Assembly: GCA_951406725.2 (NCBI GenBank)
Contig: OX597818.1
Location: 78,926,001-78,990,000 of the forward strand
Direction: 5' to 3'
DNA from: Octopus vulgaris
Lineage: Eukaryota
DNA: 64,000 bases
The position numbers and the translations under genes are program-made. Below, piece by piece: positions 14,272 to 30,650 of the stretch (the stretch's first letter is position 1; the number at the start of each line of letters is the position of its first letter). The notes beneath the pieces are model-generated. The model searched no databases. It was not told the DNA's origin and was given only the letters and a program-made list of their open reading frames with translations.

Positions 14272-14700
14272 CTACTCTATGCACAAGGCCCAAAATTTTG
14301 GGGGAGGGTTCCAGTCGATTACATCGACCCCAGTACGCAATTGGTACTTAATTCATCTACCCCGAAAGCATGAAAGGCAAAGTCGACCTCTGCGGAATTT
14401 AAACACAGAACGTAAATACAGACGGAATACCTATTTATTTACTACCCACAAGGGGCTAAACACAGAGGGGACAAACAAGGGCAGGCAAACAGATTAAGTG
14501 GATTACATCTACCCCAGTGCGTAACTGGTACTTATTTAATCGACCCTGAAACGATGAATGGCAAAGTCGATCTCGGCGGAATTTGAATTCAGAACGTAGC
14601 GGCAGACAAAATACCTATTTCTTTACTACCCACAAGGGGCTAAACACAGAGGGGATAAACAAGGACAGACAAACGGATTAAGTCGATTATATCGACCCCA
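14272..14700 (-). mobile_element. Multimeric tRNA-SINE
   Basis: Repeated SINE core plus ccccttgtgggtagtaaa tail units. Confidence 0.85.
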
Positions 14701-14799
14701 AGATGACTCACTTTCACCTTCAATTTTTTGCATAGTTCTAATAGCCCTTAAAAGTGAACTTAATGGAACTGAGTAAGGATATAAAATTGGCGACAAGAA

Positions 14800-15695
14800 A
14801 ATAACTTACCTATTTTATATGGATGACTTACCTATTTGATATGGCAAAGACGATAATGAGCTCGAAGTACTACTACGCAGTTGCTATTGATATTTTTGCG
14901 GTCAGTACTCTTGTTTCAGGAAGTTTGAAATCACAGGAGAAATTTTGAAGATATCCAGCGATTTCAATATCCATGAATGCGGTATGCTGTCAAAGGCCTT
15001 TTTATAATAAATTCATACGGAACTGAGATTTCTGCGTTTGTTATGACAGTTCTCAAGGATTTAAGAGTTGGTCTTTGCATCCATATGAACCTCGTTGGCA
15101 CCCATTTTGTTCAGTGGAGAAAATATCATTCTGTTCCATAGATTTGTATGTTTTCACTACGAGGATGTACATTAAAATTTTGTACGTGGTAGATAGAAAT
15201 GTTATGGGCCGATAGTTTTGGAAAAATTTGGTTTCATTATTCTTCGGGAGTAGGTAAATTAATACCTATTGCTAATTAATCAAGTAGGATCTCTCATGAT
15301 TTCATTGAATAATTTAACTAACTTTTCGTGTGCGCACGGCAGCGATGCGAGCCAGAAATTCTTCCCATGCTTCCTCTGGTAAATTTTGGTGGGATAATTT
15401 TTGCATCTAATCCAGTCTGCATTTTCATTGTATGTGGTTTTCATAACTTCAGATATTTTTCCAAAAGTTTTCAAGTTCTTCCATAGGAGGTCGTGGTGGG
15501 GAAAAGGTCTTTAACGTTTATTTTCTCCTTCCCTATTCCTCTGTAAAATGTTTTCGCATTGGATTGGAACAGCTTATTTTGCTTGTAAAATTTGTTTCTC
15601 CTCTGAAATCTCCGTATTCTTTGAGCGTTTGCTTGGACATTTTGCTGCAGTGTTTCTTTTGTTGAAAGCAGTTCTTTTTTTGTTGAGAGTCTTTG

Positions 15696-15764
<69 letters not shown>

Positions 15765-16340
15765 AATAATATTATTATTATCATCATCATCATCATCGTG
15801 CCCCAGCATGGCCGCGGCCTTCGGGCTTAAACACTTTTAAGGATTTAAGGATTATCATAATTATTGTTGTTGTTTTGTTTCCTGTGTGTTGTTCCAAGTC
15901 TCACTCAGAAATCCCTTGAAAGTGCAAGTTTGATGTTTTACTGTGGCTGTAATTAAGAAGTAGCGATACTGTATTTCAGAGGCAAAAAAATACTGAAAAT
16001 TAAGGTTCCATTAAAGGTTTATTGTAATATTTGCAAATTTCAGAGATTTAAAAAATTTAAATATTCTCAGGTTGACCGTGTTTTTCTTAGGATTTGAACA
16101 GTACTTTTGTGAGCAATTTTTCTTAGTACTAATATTCCTGGATTTCCTCGTATTTGTCCATAATGGTTAAGAGTGTCTTTTGGTATTATCTCAAAAGCTC
16201 CGTTGATTACAGACACAGTTGTCGTTCTTAGTCGCCAGATTCTGTGACCTTTATTTCAAGGACCTTGTATTTACTTAACTGTTCAAACGTTTTTACCAAG
16301 ATGTTGCACTCCACTACGATTGATGAGTAAACATGATGTC
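14800..16340 (-). mobile_element. Two degenerate R4/Dong-like LINE fragments separated by (TAA)n
   Basis: Remnants AQRIRRFQRRNKFYKQNKLFQSNAKTFY, an RT-region YRPITFLST, and an RLE-region LSKYKVLEI...WRLRTTTVSVI. (TTA)n tract at 15697-15780. Confidence 0.75.
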
Positions 16341-16685
16341 AATCTATCTATTGTAGGCGCACGAATACTTTGAAGACTTAGATCTACAAACAAAACTTGC
16401 TGGTGGTCACCGAGAAGAGTAATTGATTCATAATGATGAGGTTATTGTTTAACAAGTTCCCACCAACTTTGAGAATTAGAAGCAAGAGTAATAGAACTGC
16501 CATTGTGAAAATGAGAAAGAATGATCTACGTGTAAGATCATCATATAGTTCAATAGGTTGGAGACAGCGAAGACATTCTTTAATTTTCTTTTTATAGTTA
16601 CACACATTTTCAAAATAACGCATCTTAACATCAAATAGAAGCTTATGTTTTTTTTTCATATGCTAATAACCAAAGTGTATATTAC

Positions 16686-16821
16686 CTGTATCCAAGCATT
16701 CTACAGAAAACGGTAGAACTTGCATTGTTCCAGCTATCATCACAAATAGTACCCCAGCTTCCATTATGAAATATTTCAGCACGTCCTTTTAATTCGTGTC
16801 GCACTATTTTTTGAGGTAAAG
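16686..16821 (-). CDS. SRCR-domain protein exon (first half of domain 1); most 5' exon found
   Basis: ttatag/gtaata, phase 1/2. Translates [44 protein letters not shown]. Confidence 0.94.
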
Positions 16822-17594
16822 CTATAAAGTAAATATTTATAAATGATTTACAAAACTGTCGTCAGCCATTGTTTATTTTTACTTATACAACTCATTAATC
16901 AAACAGGTCACACATAGGTCATGAATAAATGATGTAAGTTCGAGGTATGAATAAATCGGCGACGAATAGATAATGATACTCAGGGTTCAAAGTTGCGCAA
17001 CTTTTCAAAACCTTGCCAAAAGGCCCCTTCTCCGAGGTATAAATGAGGATGTCTTCAAATTTAATTTGATATAAATAATGAAACTATATCACCGCAAGAA
17101 ACGCAGAGAAAGGCAGCTCTGCACAACTCACGACTCCAACAAGACCGATTCCAGAGAGACTGGGAAGTAAGTTTAAAATTAACCTGAGCATTAGCGCAAA
17201 CGGCAGCGGCCCAAAATAAACACAACCTCTGGTTCAAACCGATAAGAGAATAACAGAATAGAATTATTGAATATATTAGAAAATACTTATAATTTAATTG
17301 TATGGTATCCAGTCTGTTATATCGTATTAGATCAGCCAAAACAAGAAGGAAAATGCAGAATCGACCTTTCTCATTAAGTGTTGTGATTTTGAATAGCGTA
17401 ACGTCACTGATTACTATTTCATTTAAATGGTAACAAAACAGGTGAGACAGGAAGAAAGTAATTTCACATGAAAATACTACGATTTCTGGATACAGGGAAA
17501 AATGGTTGGTGCTATATATTTACCAATTCAAAAATGGAATACAGACACAATGAAGACATGTCTCATTTATGATTCATATGACATATATGTATAT

Positions 17595-17625
<31 letters not shown>

Positions 17626-17666
17626 CATATAATATATATATATAAATATATATATTCCCACACACA

Positions 17667-19670
17667 ACATCCACATTCAACAACAATGAAAAGACTAGAG
17701 CTGGAAAAACTTCATCTGCAGACTAACGTGAAAACCTCCATTGAAAATCAAAGAGCTGTGGAGGAACAATGGGTAATCAAAAACATCAAACAGAACCCAA
17801 AAGTGTTCTATTCTTATGCAAATAAGCATAGAACCACTGTCTCACCTATTGGGCCATTGATTGATGATAACGGCATTCCCCAACACGATGCTAAAGAAAT
17901 GGCAGAAATACTGCAGAAACAATATTGCTCTGTCTTCAGTGTTCCCACTGATATTGACGTGAGGGAAACGAACGAAGTTGACTCCCAACACAAAATCGCA
18001 GACATAACCTTCACTGCCACCGACATCGTTGCAGCAATAAATGAGGTCAAACATTACTCTGCTGTAGGCCCTGATAGATTTCCCGCTAGTCTCCTGAAGG
18101 AATGTAGATATCAACTTGCAGTCCCTCTGACCAACCTCTGGAGAAATTCGTTAGACGCAGGTTATATACCGAAACAGTTTCTATCCCAGTCGGTCATCCC
18201 GGTTTTCAAACATGGAAACAGATCCCTCGCAGTCAACTATCGCCCAATCTCACTCACCTCCCACTCACCTCCCACATCATTAAAGTGTTTGAAAGAGTGT
18301 TAAGATCAAGGATAGCTGACTTCCTGGAGACCCACAAACTCCTAAATTCAAATCAGCATGGCTTTCGCTGTGGCAAGGACTGTCTAACACAGCTCTTACA
18401 CCACATTGAAGATGTACTCAAAGCCTTGGGAACAGGTTCGAACTCTGACGTCATATATCTTGATTTCAGTAATGCGTTTGACAGGGTAGACCATAACATC
18501 CTACTCTCAAAATTGGCAAATGTTGGAATCCGTGGAAAAGTTCTACACTGGATTAAGTATTTCCTGGCGAATAGAACACAACATGTTGTAGTTGATGGAG
18601 TCCCAGCAAAAGTCACCAGCGGTGTTCCCCAGGGAACTGTTTTGGGTCCGCTAATTTTCATAATTTACGTAAATGACCTTTCCAGTGTCGTACATCACTG
18701 CAAAGTGAAAATATTCGCTGATGACACTAAGCTCCAGCAAATCGTCAATGAAGAAGCAGACCGAACTCAACTCCAGTCTGATCTATATGGGCAGACAGAA
18801 ACAAAATGCAACTGAATGAGGGAAAATTTGAGCTGATGCATTTTGGAAGAAATTCCTCACTAAAACAACCATACTCTCTTCCTTCAGGGGAACCGCTCAC
18901 AGCCTCTAACAATATCAGAGACCTGGGTGTAATTGTTGATGACGATCTCAGTTGGAGTGCACACATCAACAAGAAGGTCGATATAGCTCGTAGGATGAGT
19001 TCCTGGATCTTAAGAACTTTCCAATCCTAGAACAAGGTGTCATCATACCACTTTTTTCCTCCTTTGTACGGCCACACCTTGAATACTGCTGCCCACTGGT
19101 CTCCTCACACAAAACAAAACATCTCCAGAATTGAGTCACCCCAGAGGGCACTCACTAAACAAATTGAAGGCATGGCTGCTCTCGATTATTGGGATCGCCT
19201 TAAAGCCTTGAAACTTTATTCCCTCCAGCGTCGCCGTGAGCGGTACATCATTTGTACGATGTGGAAAATATACCGCCAACTTTGCCCAAACGACCTAAAC
19301 ATTAGCTTCAAGGTTCATCCAAGACTTGGACCACGGGCTATACGTCCCCTGCCAAATTCAAGATCACAACATACATGTACACTGCAACATAATTTCTTTT
19401 CCTCAACAGGCCCTGCCCTATTTAACATTGTCCCGAGGGAGATCAAAGAGGAAAAGGATCCCATCAACTTTAAACAGAGTCTGGATAGATTCTTTCAAAG
19501 AATACCAGATAAGCCACCCATAATTGGATACAACTCACCCAACAAGAACTCACTACTTGAACAAAACTTGACTTAAACAGGATTCGAATAATCCTATCAA
19601 GTGGTGCTATTAAGTTAGACATGGCCTGGACCAATCTCTGGTCGAAACATATCTAAGTTTATCTAAGTTT
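17667..19670 (+). mobile_element. 5'-truncated CR1-like LINE (frameshifted RT pseudogene)
   Basis: Motifs NYRPISLTS, QHGFR, YLDFSNAFD, SGVPQGTVLGP, FADD, DLGV, YSLQRRRER. Tandem 3' tail (tatctaagtt)x2. An 11-nt duplication at ~18251-18272 causes one frameshift. Confidence 0.92.
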
Positions 19671-19956
19671 ATATATATACATATATATATGTATATATAT
19701 ACATATAAATATATATATAAACATACATATATATAAAAATTAGGAAGATAAAATTATTTTGAACAGAATAATACTGAACAGTATATATAAAGGACAAGAT
19801 CCTTTTAAGAACAGAAAAATTAGCCGGCAAATATTTCTGCTCATAAAAGGATTTTATCATTTATATATACGTGTTGAAAAACATTTATCTTTCTCCTTGT
19901 TCTACAATACATTTCAACGCTTTAAAAACAAACTTACGTTTGTTTGTATATGATGG

Positions 19957-20049
<93 letters not shown>

Positions 20050-20124
20050 GTTATCTTTACTATGTTATCTCCCCTACCTTCCTTCACGTGCGTGACCCTT
20101 CTGTCCGAGTCTGACGCCATGATA

Positions 20125-20312
20125 GATCGTTAGCCACTACACACATCTTTTTCTCTCCTTGTTTTTTCTGTGTCCCTTTCTGTAGAAGAGCGTAAGCTCG
20201 AAACGTAAAAGACTTTTTCTATTGCTATGTTTCGAGCCTACGCTCTTCAACAGAAAGGAACACAAAAATAAACAGAGAGAAAATACAAAAAAAGGTTTCC
20301 TGGCTGGCGATC
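20125..20312. mobile_element. Inverted pair of Penelope-like termini with hammerhead-like motif (family D)
   Basis: CTTT-CTGTAGAA-GAGC(GTAA)GCTC-GAAAC-GTA-AAAG at 20176-20211, with an inverted copy at 20229-20257. Confidence 0.6.
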
Positions 20313-20410
20313 AATATATATATATATGATCTGAAGATCCAATATACTAGACCACTGGTTTTTAAATTGATATTAATCAAATTAATATTCAATTTCTCAC
20401 TCTTATTATT

Positions 20411-20460
<50 letters not shown>

Positions 20461-20468
<8 letters not shown>

Positions 20469-20680
20469 GAAATGAAGAAAATGCTGACAAATAATTGAAG
20501 TAATTTAAGTAATTTAATTAGGTGAAAGTTCTATTTACGGTCATTTGTTATGCTTATCAAAATATGCATATTTTGATAAGCATAACAAATGCGCAACCGG
20601 TAAATAGAACTTTCACCTAATTAAATTACTTAAATTACTTCAATTATTTGTCAGCATTTTCTTCATTTCCTTTTTATATA
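20461..20680. repeat. Spacerless palindrome with ~105 bp arms
   Basis: Centre atg|cat at 20566/20567. Arms are identical except for a ~7-nt indel and a 1-nt run difference. Flanked by (TA)n. Confidence 0.92.
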
Positions 20681-21608
20681 TCACCACTCGTGTTCGATCT
20701 TTTTTTAAATATATATATATATATATATATATTCCTCCAGTTCACCGTCGTAGATATATATCGATCCTATAACGCTGAAATCCGAACACGATAAACCGTT
20801 ACATGTAAAGGTTTATTTTTTTGTAACTGTAGCAACTCTGCTACTTCTCCGCCTAGGAATACAGTATAAGTAAATCCAGATACTCAGCATTTGACGACAT
20901 AACAGTACCAAATAAGTTTTTTTTCTGCGTTTTTTGTTGGCTTGTGGCAGGATATGATTAAAAGTCTGCAAGCCACCACACTAATCAATAACTGTATCGA
21001 TTACTCAATCGATAAAGTGTTCTCAAATGTAACTAAAACTACAGCTACGTCACCGGTTATTTTGCTGTCAACTATCATTACCAGCAACAGATGTTCTGGT
21101 GGCAAAATAGAACACAAATTTGGAATACTAAACAAGACCTTTATGGAATTCGTCAGAGCTCTAACTCTTGTTACTTTGTTTAAATATAAATTTACAACTT
21201 ACAAACTGATGAAACATCATATGAGCTCACAAGAAAGATGACAGCCACCAAATCTAGTGAAAGAAATATAAGAAAATATCAAATATTTTGTAGAAAATGT
21301 TATGGGATATGAAGAATAATATTTGCGAGATGATTCTGTAAACATTAATGGTTTGTAAACTGAAAATGAAAAAAACATTTTATCGGGAATACTATTTCAT
21401 CGTTCAAATAGTAAATTACAATTACATTTTGAGACCTGTAATTACGTTAACATAATATTGTTGTCGGTGGGTGAGTATCTGTCCTGTAGGGAAACACTGG
21501 TTTCAGTAATTTGAATTTTCGGCTTGACATCAATCCCGCATTGACTCCAATTCTTGCTGCTACTTTTCTTCAGAAAAGAAGCTCGGATATTTCACTCTAT
21601 AATTATTA

Positions 21609-23246
21609 TCTATATATATAAAAATGAAGTTGTGTGAGTGTCTGTCTCCTTCGATTTCGATTCCTAACTACTCCCACATTTTGCGGTGCAGTTTAACCAA
21701 ATTTGGCTATCTTATAGTCGTGATTCATATCGATCCCGTCTGGGTATTAGCGCGCGTCTACAATGAGTCTACGATTTAAAAAATAATTTACCATAATTTT
21801 TTTCCATTTTAACGCATATCTATATATATAAAAGTGAAGTTGTGTGAGTGATGCTCACACCTGCACCTGTGTTGCTTCTCCCCCTTCTTCCCTCCCTCGT
21901 GAAGCTGTGGGTAAGGGAGTGTAAGGAAATCAACGTCGTAAAGCGTTGTCAAGGAGACCAGCGTTCTTTTAGAACAACGACTTCATGGCTTGAAGTCGCC
22001 AAAACAGAAATGGCTAAGAAAGCCCGAAAGCAAATTCTACAAAATCGGGAAACACGCCACACAGGGAAGGTTTCCCGAGCAAATAATTTGCACAACCGAA
22101 TGTTATAGTTATTGCACAACTTTTACTTAAAAAATATTATCCAAACACTAACTTTTGAAGGCAATATTGTATGGCGATGGTACTTGTGAAATATGGTAAT
22201 GGATTTAGTAGCCAAAAGGAGAGAGCAGAGGCATAGTATGGTGGTGGTGGAGGCGGTGGTGGCGGTGGTGCTGGTGGTGGTGATGGTGGTCGTGGTCGTG
22301 GTGGTCGTCGTGTTTGTGGTGGTGGTGGTGGTGTTGTTGTTGGTGGTGGTGGTGGGAGTGGTGATGATGGTAGTGGTGGTGGTGGTGGTGGTGGTGATGG
22401 TCGTCGTCGTGGTGGTCTTCATGATGGTGGTGGTGATGGTAATGAGCGTAGTGGTGGTGGTGGTCATGGTGGTAGTGGTGATGGTGTTGGTCGTGGTGGT
22501 GGTGGTGGTGGTGGTGGTGGTGGCTGAAGCTGTCGTCTGGGTTCTTCCAATTTTTTCGTGTGTCGGTGGTGGCGTTGGCGTTCATGCTCGCACCTGCACC
22601 TGTGTAGCTCCTCCCCTTCTTCCCTCCCTCGTGAAGCTGTGGGGAAGGCAGGGTAGGGAAATCAACGTCGTAAAGCGTTGTCAAGGAGACCAGCGTTCTT
22701 TTAGAACAACGACTTCATGGCTTGAAGTCGCCAAAACAGAAATCGCTAAAAAAGCTGAAACAGATCCACAAAAACGGCAAAAACCGCCACACAGGGCAGG
22801 TTTCCTGTACAAACAATTTGCACAACCGAATGTTTTAGTTGTTGCACAAATCTTTATATATAAAAGTGAAGTTGTGTGTCTGTCTCCTACGATTTAGATT
22901 CCTAACTACTCCCACATTTTGCGGTGCAGTTTAACCAAAACCGGGTATCTTATAGTCGTGATTCATATCGAGCCCTTCTGGGTATTAGCGCACGGCTACG
23001 ATGAGTCTACGATTTAAAAATAAATTTACCATCATTTTTTCCATTTTAATGCATTTTTTCGCTATTATATAAGGGAAGTAACTCTCTAAAAATGTCTACG
23101 ATGAGTCAACGATTTAAAAGAAAAATTACCATCATTTTTATTCCATTTTTAATGCATTTTTTTGCTATTTTTTGCTATAACTCTTTAAAAATGCTTATAT
23201 AGTTATATCCCTTACAAACCCGAGCAACGCCGGGCGATACTGCTAG
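21609..23246 (+). mobile_element. Composite non-autonomous Helitron
   Basis: A|TC 5' end, 3' hairpin cccgagcaacgccggg then CTAG|T. Internal extra 5' ends at ~21819 and ~22851. Internal (GGT)n tract and a duplicated ~270 bp segment. Confidence 0.88.
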
Positions 23247-24744
23247 TTCTCTATAAATTTTGTTACCTTGTACCTAACACAAAACGTTACTGAATTTGAA
23301 AAATGACACTGAATGAAATTAAGCGACCTTATTCTCAGAAACGTTTGTGCTGCTTCTACAAACGCAACGATAACATTTTTTAATTTCTAAAAGCTGATCA
23401 TAAAATTACATTGTTTCAGACAAAACGCAGAATATTTTCACAAATGCCCCTTTACAGAATTAAGAGGTTTCTAAAAACAAAGTATATATAATCGACTTTA
23501 AAAATTCTATTTGAAACAAAGTCGCAGAAATTTTGTAAAATTGTTAGAAATTTCGTTTAAATAACATATGGGAATTTCTTGTTTGCAGAAGCACCAATGT
23601 TTAAATAGATCAATGTGTAAATTTGATCAAAAGTAATGGTAATAGATTTCCAGATATCTTAAGTCTTCGAATCTTTTATTTCAGCATCTATTTGCAGTTT
23701 TTGCTTACTGTCTATATAACAATTATTAGTTTGCTGTCTCTGTATACGGATTATCTAATATGCTGTCTTATATATACATGATCTGGTTTATTATCTATGC
23801 AAGAATTATCAGTTTATTTTCTATTATAAAAGCACGTATATAAATACCGTTATGGTACAGAGAAGGGCTTAACTATCGCCTGATCACGACCTAGTTATTT
23901 GCAATCAGAGATTATCTACTGCAGGTTGTGTGTGTCCAAGGTGATTTACAAGATGAATTGGGAAGCACTAACTCTACATGATGAAATCAGAAACAAATAC
24001 GCGGTAACTATGCTGTGATAGTTTCTTCTTCAAGTATGAACGAGAGCGGCTTGGTGTGACACCAGGTGGTAAAAGAACCCCCTACTTTAGCCATATATGG
24101 ATATATAAATAATGGACGGATATACAAATAATGTGGTTATAACAACTGTTTGAAGCCAAATAATGAGTTGGCTTTGATTTCGTGTTTGAAAATTTCTTTG
24201 TAAAAGTCATTGAAATGTAATCTATTCTATTTTTCCTTCCTAAAAAATCTAAGTTATATAGGTTAAAAAAAAATTAGCCTATATGAATTGAGTGCGATCC
24301 TTCAGTCGGTAGAATACCTCTGGGTCAGCTTAGTAAATTTCAGTTATTAAGTGAGGTTTACGGAACAAAATGTAAGAGAATTGACTTGGTGATTTAGCTT
24401 GCTGTCTAAATAATTGTTTCTAATTTTGGCGGAAGGCCAACATTTTTGAGAAGACGACTTACAGTGACTCCTGTCATCTGTTTCATACTATAGTTTATGG
24501 ATCCCATATGGATGAAAGGCAAAGTTATTTTCAGAATGCAAAAAGGTGGGACAATTACCACAAAGCATTTTCTCTGATGCTCTCGTGATTCTGTCATATA
24601 TAGGTATTGAATTAAACACAATAAAACATTTTATTTTAGAACGAAAGAGAAAGTTGAATTTGAGCTCAGAACATAAGAGGAGCGGAATGCTCCTAAGCAT
24701 TTTGCGCAGTTTGGGAACAGTTCTGACAGTTCGCGCCTTATAAC

Positions 24745-24930
24745 TTGAAATAATATAAAAGTAGCTTTTCTACCACCAAATATAATCAACTTCATTCAAC
24801 ACGTGGACCAAGAAGTTATTGCTATATTCAAATCTTACTTTCCATGGTGCTATGCAATCAACTGATTACATGGTTTTAGTATGTTTGCCATATAGTATTA
24901 TGAATATTATTGAACTTTTGATTGAAGCGT
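24745..24930 (+). mobile_element. pogo/Tigger transposase relic
   Basis: VAFLPPNIINFIQHVDQEVIAIFKSY resembles the FLPPNTTSxxQPMDQGVIxxFK motif. Confidence 0.65.
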
Positions 24931-25027
24931 ACAGTGATAATAATCACATAAAATCATAATAGGAGTAAGCTTTATCCAAACAACATTGCAGACGTCTTAC
25001 TGTACTTAATATTATGTACTACAAAGA

Positions 25028-27046
<2,019 letters not shown>

Positions 27047-30000
27047 TATTTTCTATAATAATAATGCAATGTTAAATCCATTGTAATCTCGTAGTTAGTT
27101 CCGAAGGTCCCGACATGTTCTGTTCCTTGTAGAAGTGTTATAGTTTCTTCCTTTTTCTTCTCACTTTTTCTGTCTCTTGATCAAGGAGCACACTCTGCAT
27201 GGGTGGATTTTCCTCTTTCGCTTCTTTTCAGCGTAAAGTTTCTTAGGTCTATTTATTTACTCCTTTTTTGTTGTGGCTGTTTTTGCATCAGGTTGCATAA
27301 GATCTATGCCTTATGAAAAGTTGTACTTATTGATAAATCAATCGTTATTGAGTATTTTATTTCTGTGTAAGTATTAAAGAGTGTTCGATTTCGTTTTTAA
27401 TGTGGCTTTGATCCGTACAATTCTAATGGAAATTAGAAATAGAGCACAAATAAATGTAAACTTCGATTTAATTTAACACATAAAGCCCGACGGGTCATGA
27501 TCGTGGTCATCAGGCACACATCGACAGGTCACGATCATGGCTCAGATAGACGCATTTAATTTATGCAAGATGATTATTAAGAGTTTTTTTTAATATTTCT
27601 TTAATGGCTTTGTGAAAGAAGTAATGAGAGCACGTGTGATCCATTCAAGGATATCTAAGATAAGAGAAAGGGAGATAGGAAGATATTCTCAGAGACGAGT
27701 CTAGTTGTAAATGCTTGCAACAGAGGGATCTCAAATAAGAGTTCGCAAAAGACGGGAAATAATACTACGCTAGATTAAGAATAGGTTACAGCCAGATAAT
27801 TTAGGTGTTAAGAAGTTCTGATACTGCAGATTTCGTCTACAAATATTAGGGGGCCCGGGATCGAATTTAAAACAGACCTCTTAACCACAGCCGTGTTGTA
27901 CCCCCTTAAATCGAAAGAAGCTGGAATAATTTTGCTACAGAAAAATGATGTGTAATATGGATTAGAGTTAATATAGAAACCTTATTTAATGGATGAATAT
28001 GGTATTACATACACTGTTGAGTTATATCAACAGTCGATATAATCGACTTAATCCGTTTGTCTGTCCTTGTTTGTCCCCTCTGTCTTTAGCCCCTTGTGGG
28101 TAGTAAAGAAATAGGTATTTCATCCGTTCTTAAGTTTTGAGGTCAAATACCGCCAAGATTGACTTTGCCTTTCATCCCTTCGAAGTAGATAAAATATGTA
28201 CCAGTTGACACTGGGGTCGATGTAATCGACTTACACCCTCCCTAGAAACTGCCGGAATCATGCTAAGATTTGAAGCCAGTATTAGAAACGATAAAATAGG
28301 CAACGAGCTGGCGGAGTCGTAAGCACACCGGGAAAAATGCTTAGCGATATTTCATCCGTACTGCTCCCTCACTCAATAATAATAATAATGGTTTCATATT
28401 TTGGTACAAATCCATCAATTTCGGAAATTACGAAAATACCGTACTGCAACTCATTGTTTTACATTCTATAATATATTAATGCACCCTACTACTTTATATG
28501 ATAGTTTTATATACCCAGGCCTATTCCACATTTTTTAGGAGGGGGTAGCCGCAAGAAATCATATGATACTCGTTATATATAAAATTTCATAAGCAAACTC
28601 GCATATCCCTTCATTATTAGACAGATCAAAAACGAATAAATCATGTGCTAGCGGTTATATCGATAAATGATTACTTACATGTTAATGGCATTCTCTTCTT
28701 GTGTTTGCTAAATGCTTGATCTTACTACCTACGGGATATATATGTGTACACATATATATATATACATACATATCCATGTTGTTTGAGAAATAAGACAGCT
28801 GTTTTCATATATCAATTGATAGAAAGTGAAAGTGAAGCCTTTGACAATGATAATAAAATTTGTGTTATCATTCCCGGATATCATTTATATTTTATCTTCT
28901 GCGTATTTCAGCCATTGGGCAGCAGCCTTGAAGAATTTTAGTACCCCGGTACTTAATTTTCTTTCACCTGGTGTTTATTTGATCGATATCTTTCGCCGAA
29001 GTTACGGGGTTAACAACAAATGTTATCAAGCGGTGGTGGTGGACAGTCGTAGACACAAATACACACGCACACACGTTTGGTACGCGTCTACCAAATTCAC
29101 TCACAAGCCATTAGTCGGCTCGCAGCTATAGTAGAAGATACTTGCCCAAGGTGCCACTTTGTGAGACGACTAAAGCCTGAACCACGTGGTTGGAATGCAA
29201 GCTTCTTACCACACAGTAACGTTGATATAAATAATATCAATAATGGGTTGAAAGGTGTGAAATTTTACGCTGAAAAGAAATAACAAATGTGTTGATATTA
29301 TGCGGGCTGGCAGAATCGTTAATACATTTGACAAAATGTCTTGCGATATTTCTTCCGACTTATTACGTTCGATCTTGCCTTTCATCCTTAAGGGGTCGAT
29401 AAAATAAGATCCAGTTGAGTACTGGGTTTGACATAATCGACTAGCCCTTCCCCACAGAACTTTTGGCCTTGTGCCAAAATTTGAAGCCAATGATATGTTA
29501 CCTGCATTCGTATATTATCTAATATATTTTTAAAGGACATATGAAAGCCAGATAACAACAACTGTCAAAACACAATTTACTATAGGAATATATTTAATCC
29601 ATTGTAATTCAGGGATGGGTTCCTCATTCAGATACGAGCCGCCGTCAACGTTTCTCCTTTGTCTTACTTCTCACTCTTTCCGTGTTTTGACATAGAACCA
29701 CAGTCAGAAATGATAAACTTGCCATTGTTATTTCTTTTCAGCGTGAAATTTCTCACCTTTCTTTCTGCTATATTTCTTTTTTCTTGTAGTTGGTTTTTAT
29801 GTCTGGTTGTAGAAGAAGTATAGCCAATGAATAACGTGTACTTACTGATACAGAATTTGCTATTGAATACAGTTTGCTACAGGTGGTTTTATTATTAAAG
29901 GATAGAGAATCTCTTCTACGTTAAACTAAGTCAATTTGAGGAATTTACATTAAAGGGTGAAACGCATATACATATATGTATTTTCTTTCTACATAAAATA

Positions 30001-30650
30001 AAATACGTAGAGTTTTTTTTAATTGCTTAAAACTATGCATAACACTATTTCATCCTCTTTTGAAATCGTCAAACCGGGATAACTCGAGAGACAAATAAAT
30101 GAAGATAAATTCGACATTCTACGATGTTTCTTATAAAGAGAAATTAATTTATTTATAGCTTAAAAAACATATTTCATTTTTTCTCGTTCTAAATCGTCAA
30201 TTGTTCAGCATTAGAGAAAAGAGAAAGAGCAGAATTTCTAGCATGCAGGTAAAAATATTTCCAGGGCAAATCTACCTTAGAAAAATAACGTTCCTAGTGT
30301 AGTTACAGTTTATGCTTTGTCTGCGAACAAGTTTCGCAGGCCCATATTGATATTTTCTATGTGCAGATAAGGAATTCTGTCATTTTATATTGTGCTATTT
30401 GTCTGGATTAGTTAGAAGAGATTTTCTTAATGTTCATCTCACCGCAGCTCTTACCGCCAGTTTTCGTGGACAATTTTTGGAAAGCGACCAGAGCATTTTG
30501 AACAGATGATTTGCTTCTCGTCATTTTACTATTAAAGAGAAGAAAATCACATCCGGATTAAATAGTGATCGATTTTGTTCTAGGTGTGGCTTTGATCAAA
30601 ACCATTCTAATGAATGTGTTGGTGTCTGCTCTCACTTGAGATGTGGCTAA

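Noticed and set aside
17184-17228. Possible signal-peptide exon of the SRCR gene (RLCLFWAAAVCANAQ)
   Set aside because: The donor would be phase 0 whereas the next exon needs phase 1, and no start codon was identified. Unsupported without RNA data.
20942-21241. 99-aa non-repetitive ORF
   Set aside because: No ATG start, no recognisable domain and no clear splice sites.
22123-22897. 234-aa Val-rich and antisense His/Thr-rich ORFs
   Set aside because: They arise from a (GGT)n tract inside a Helitron.
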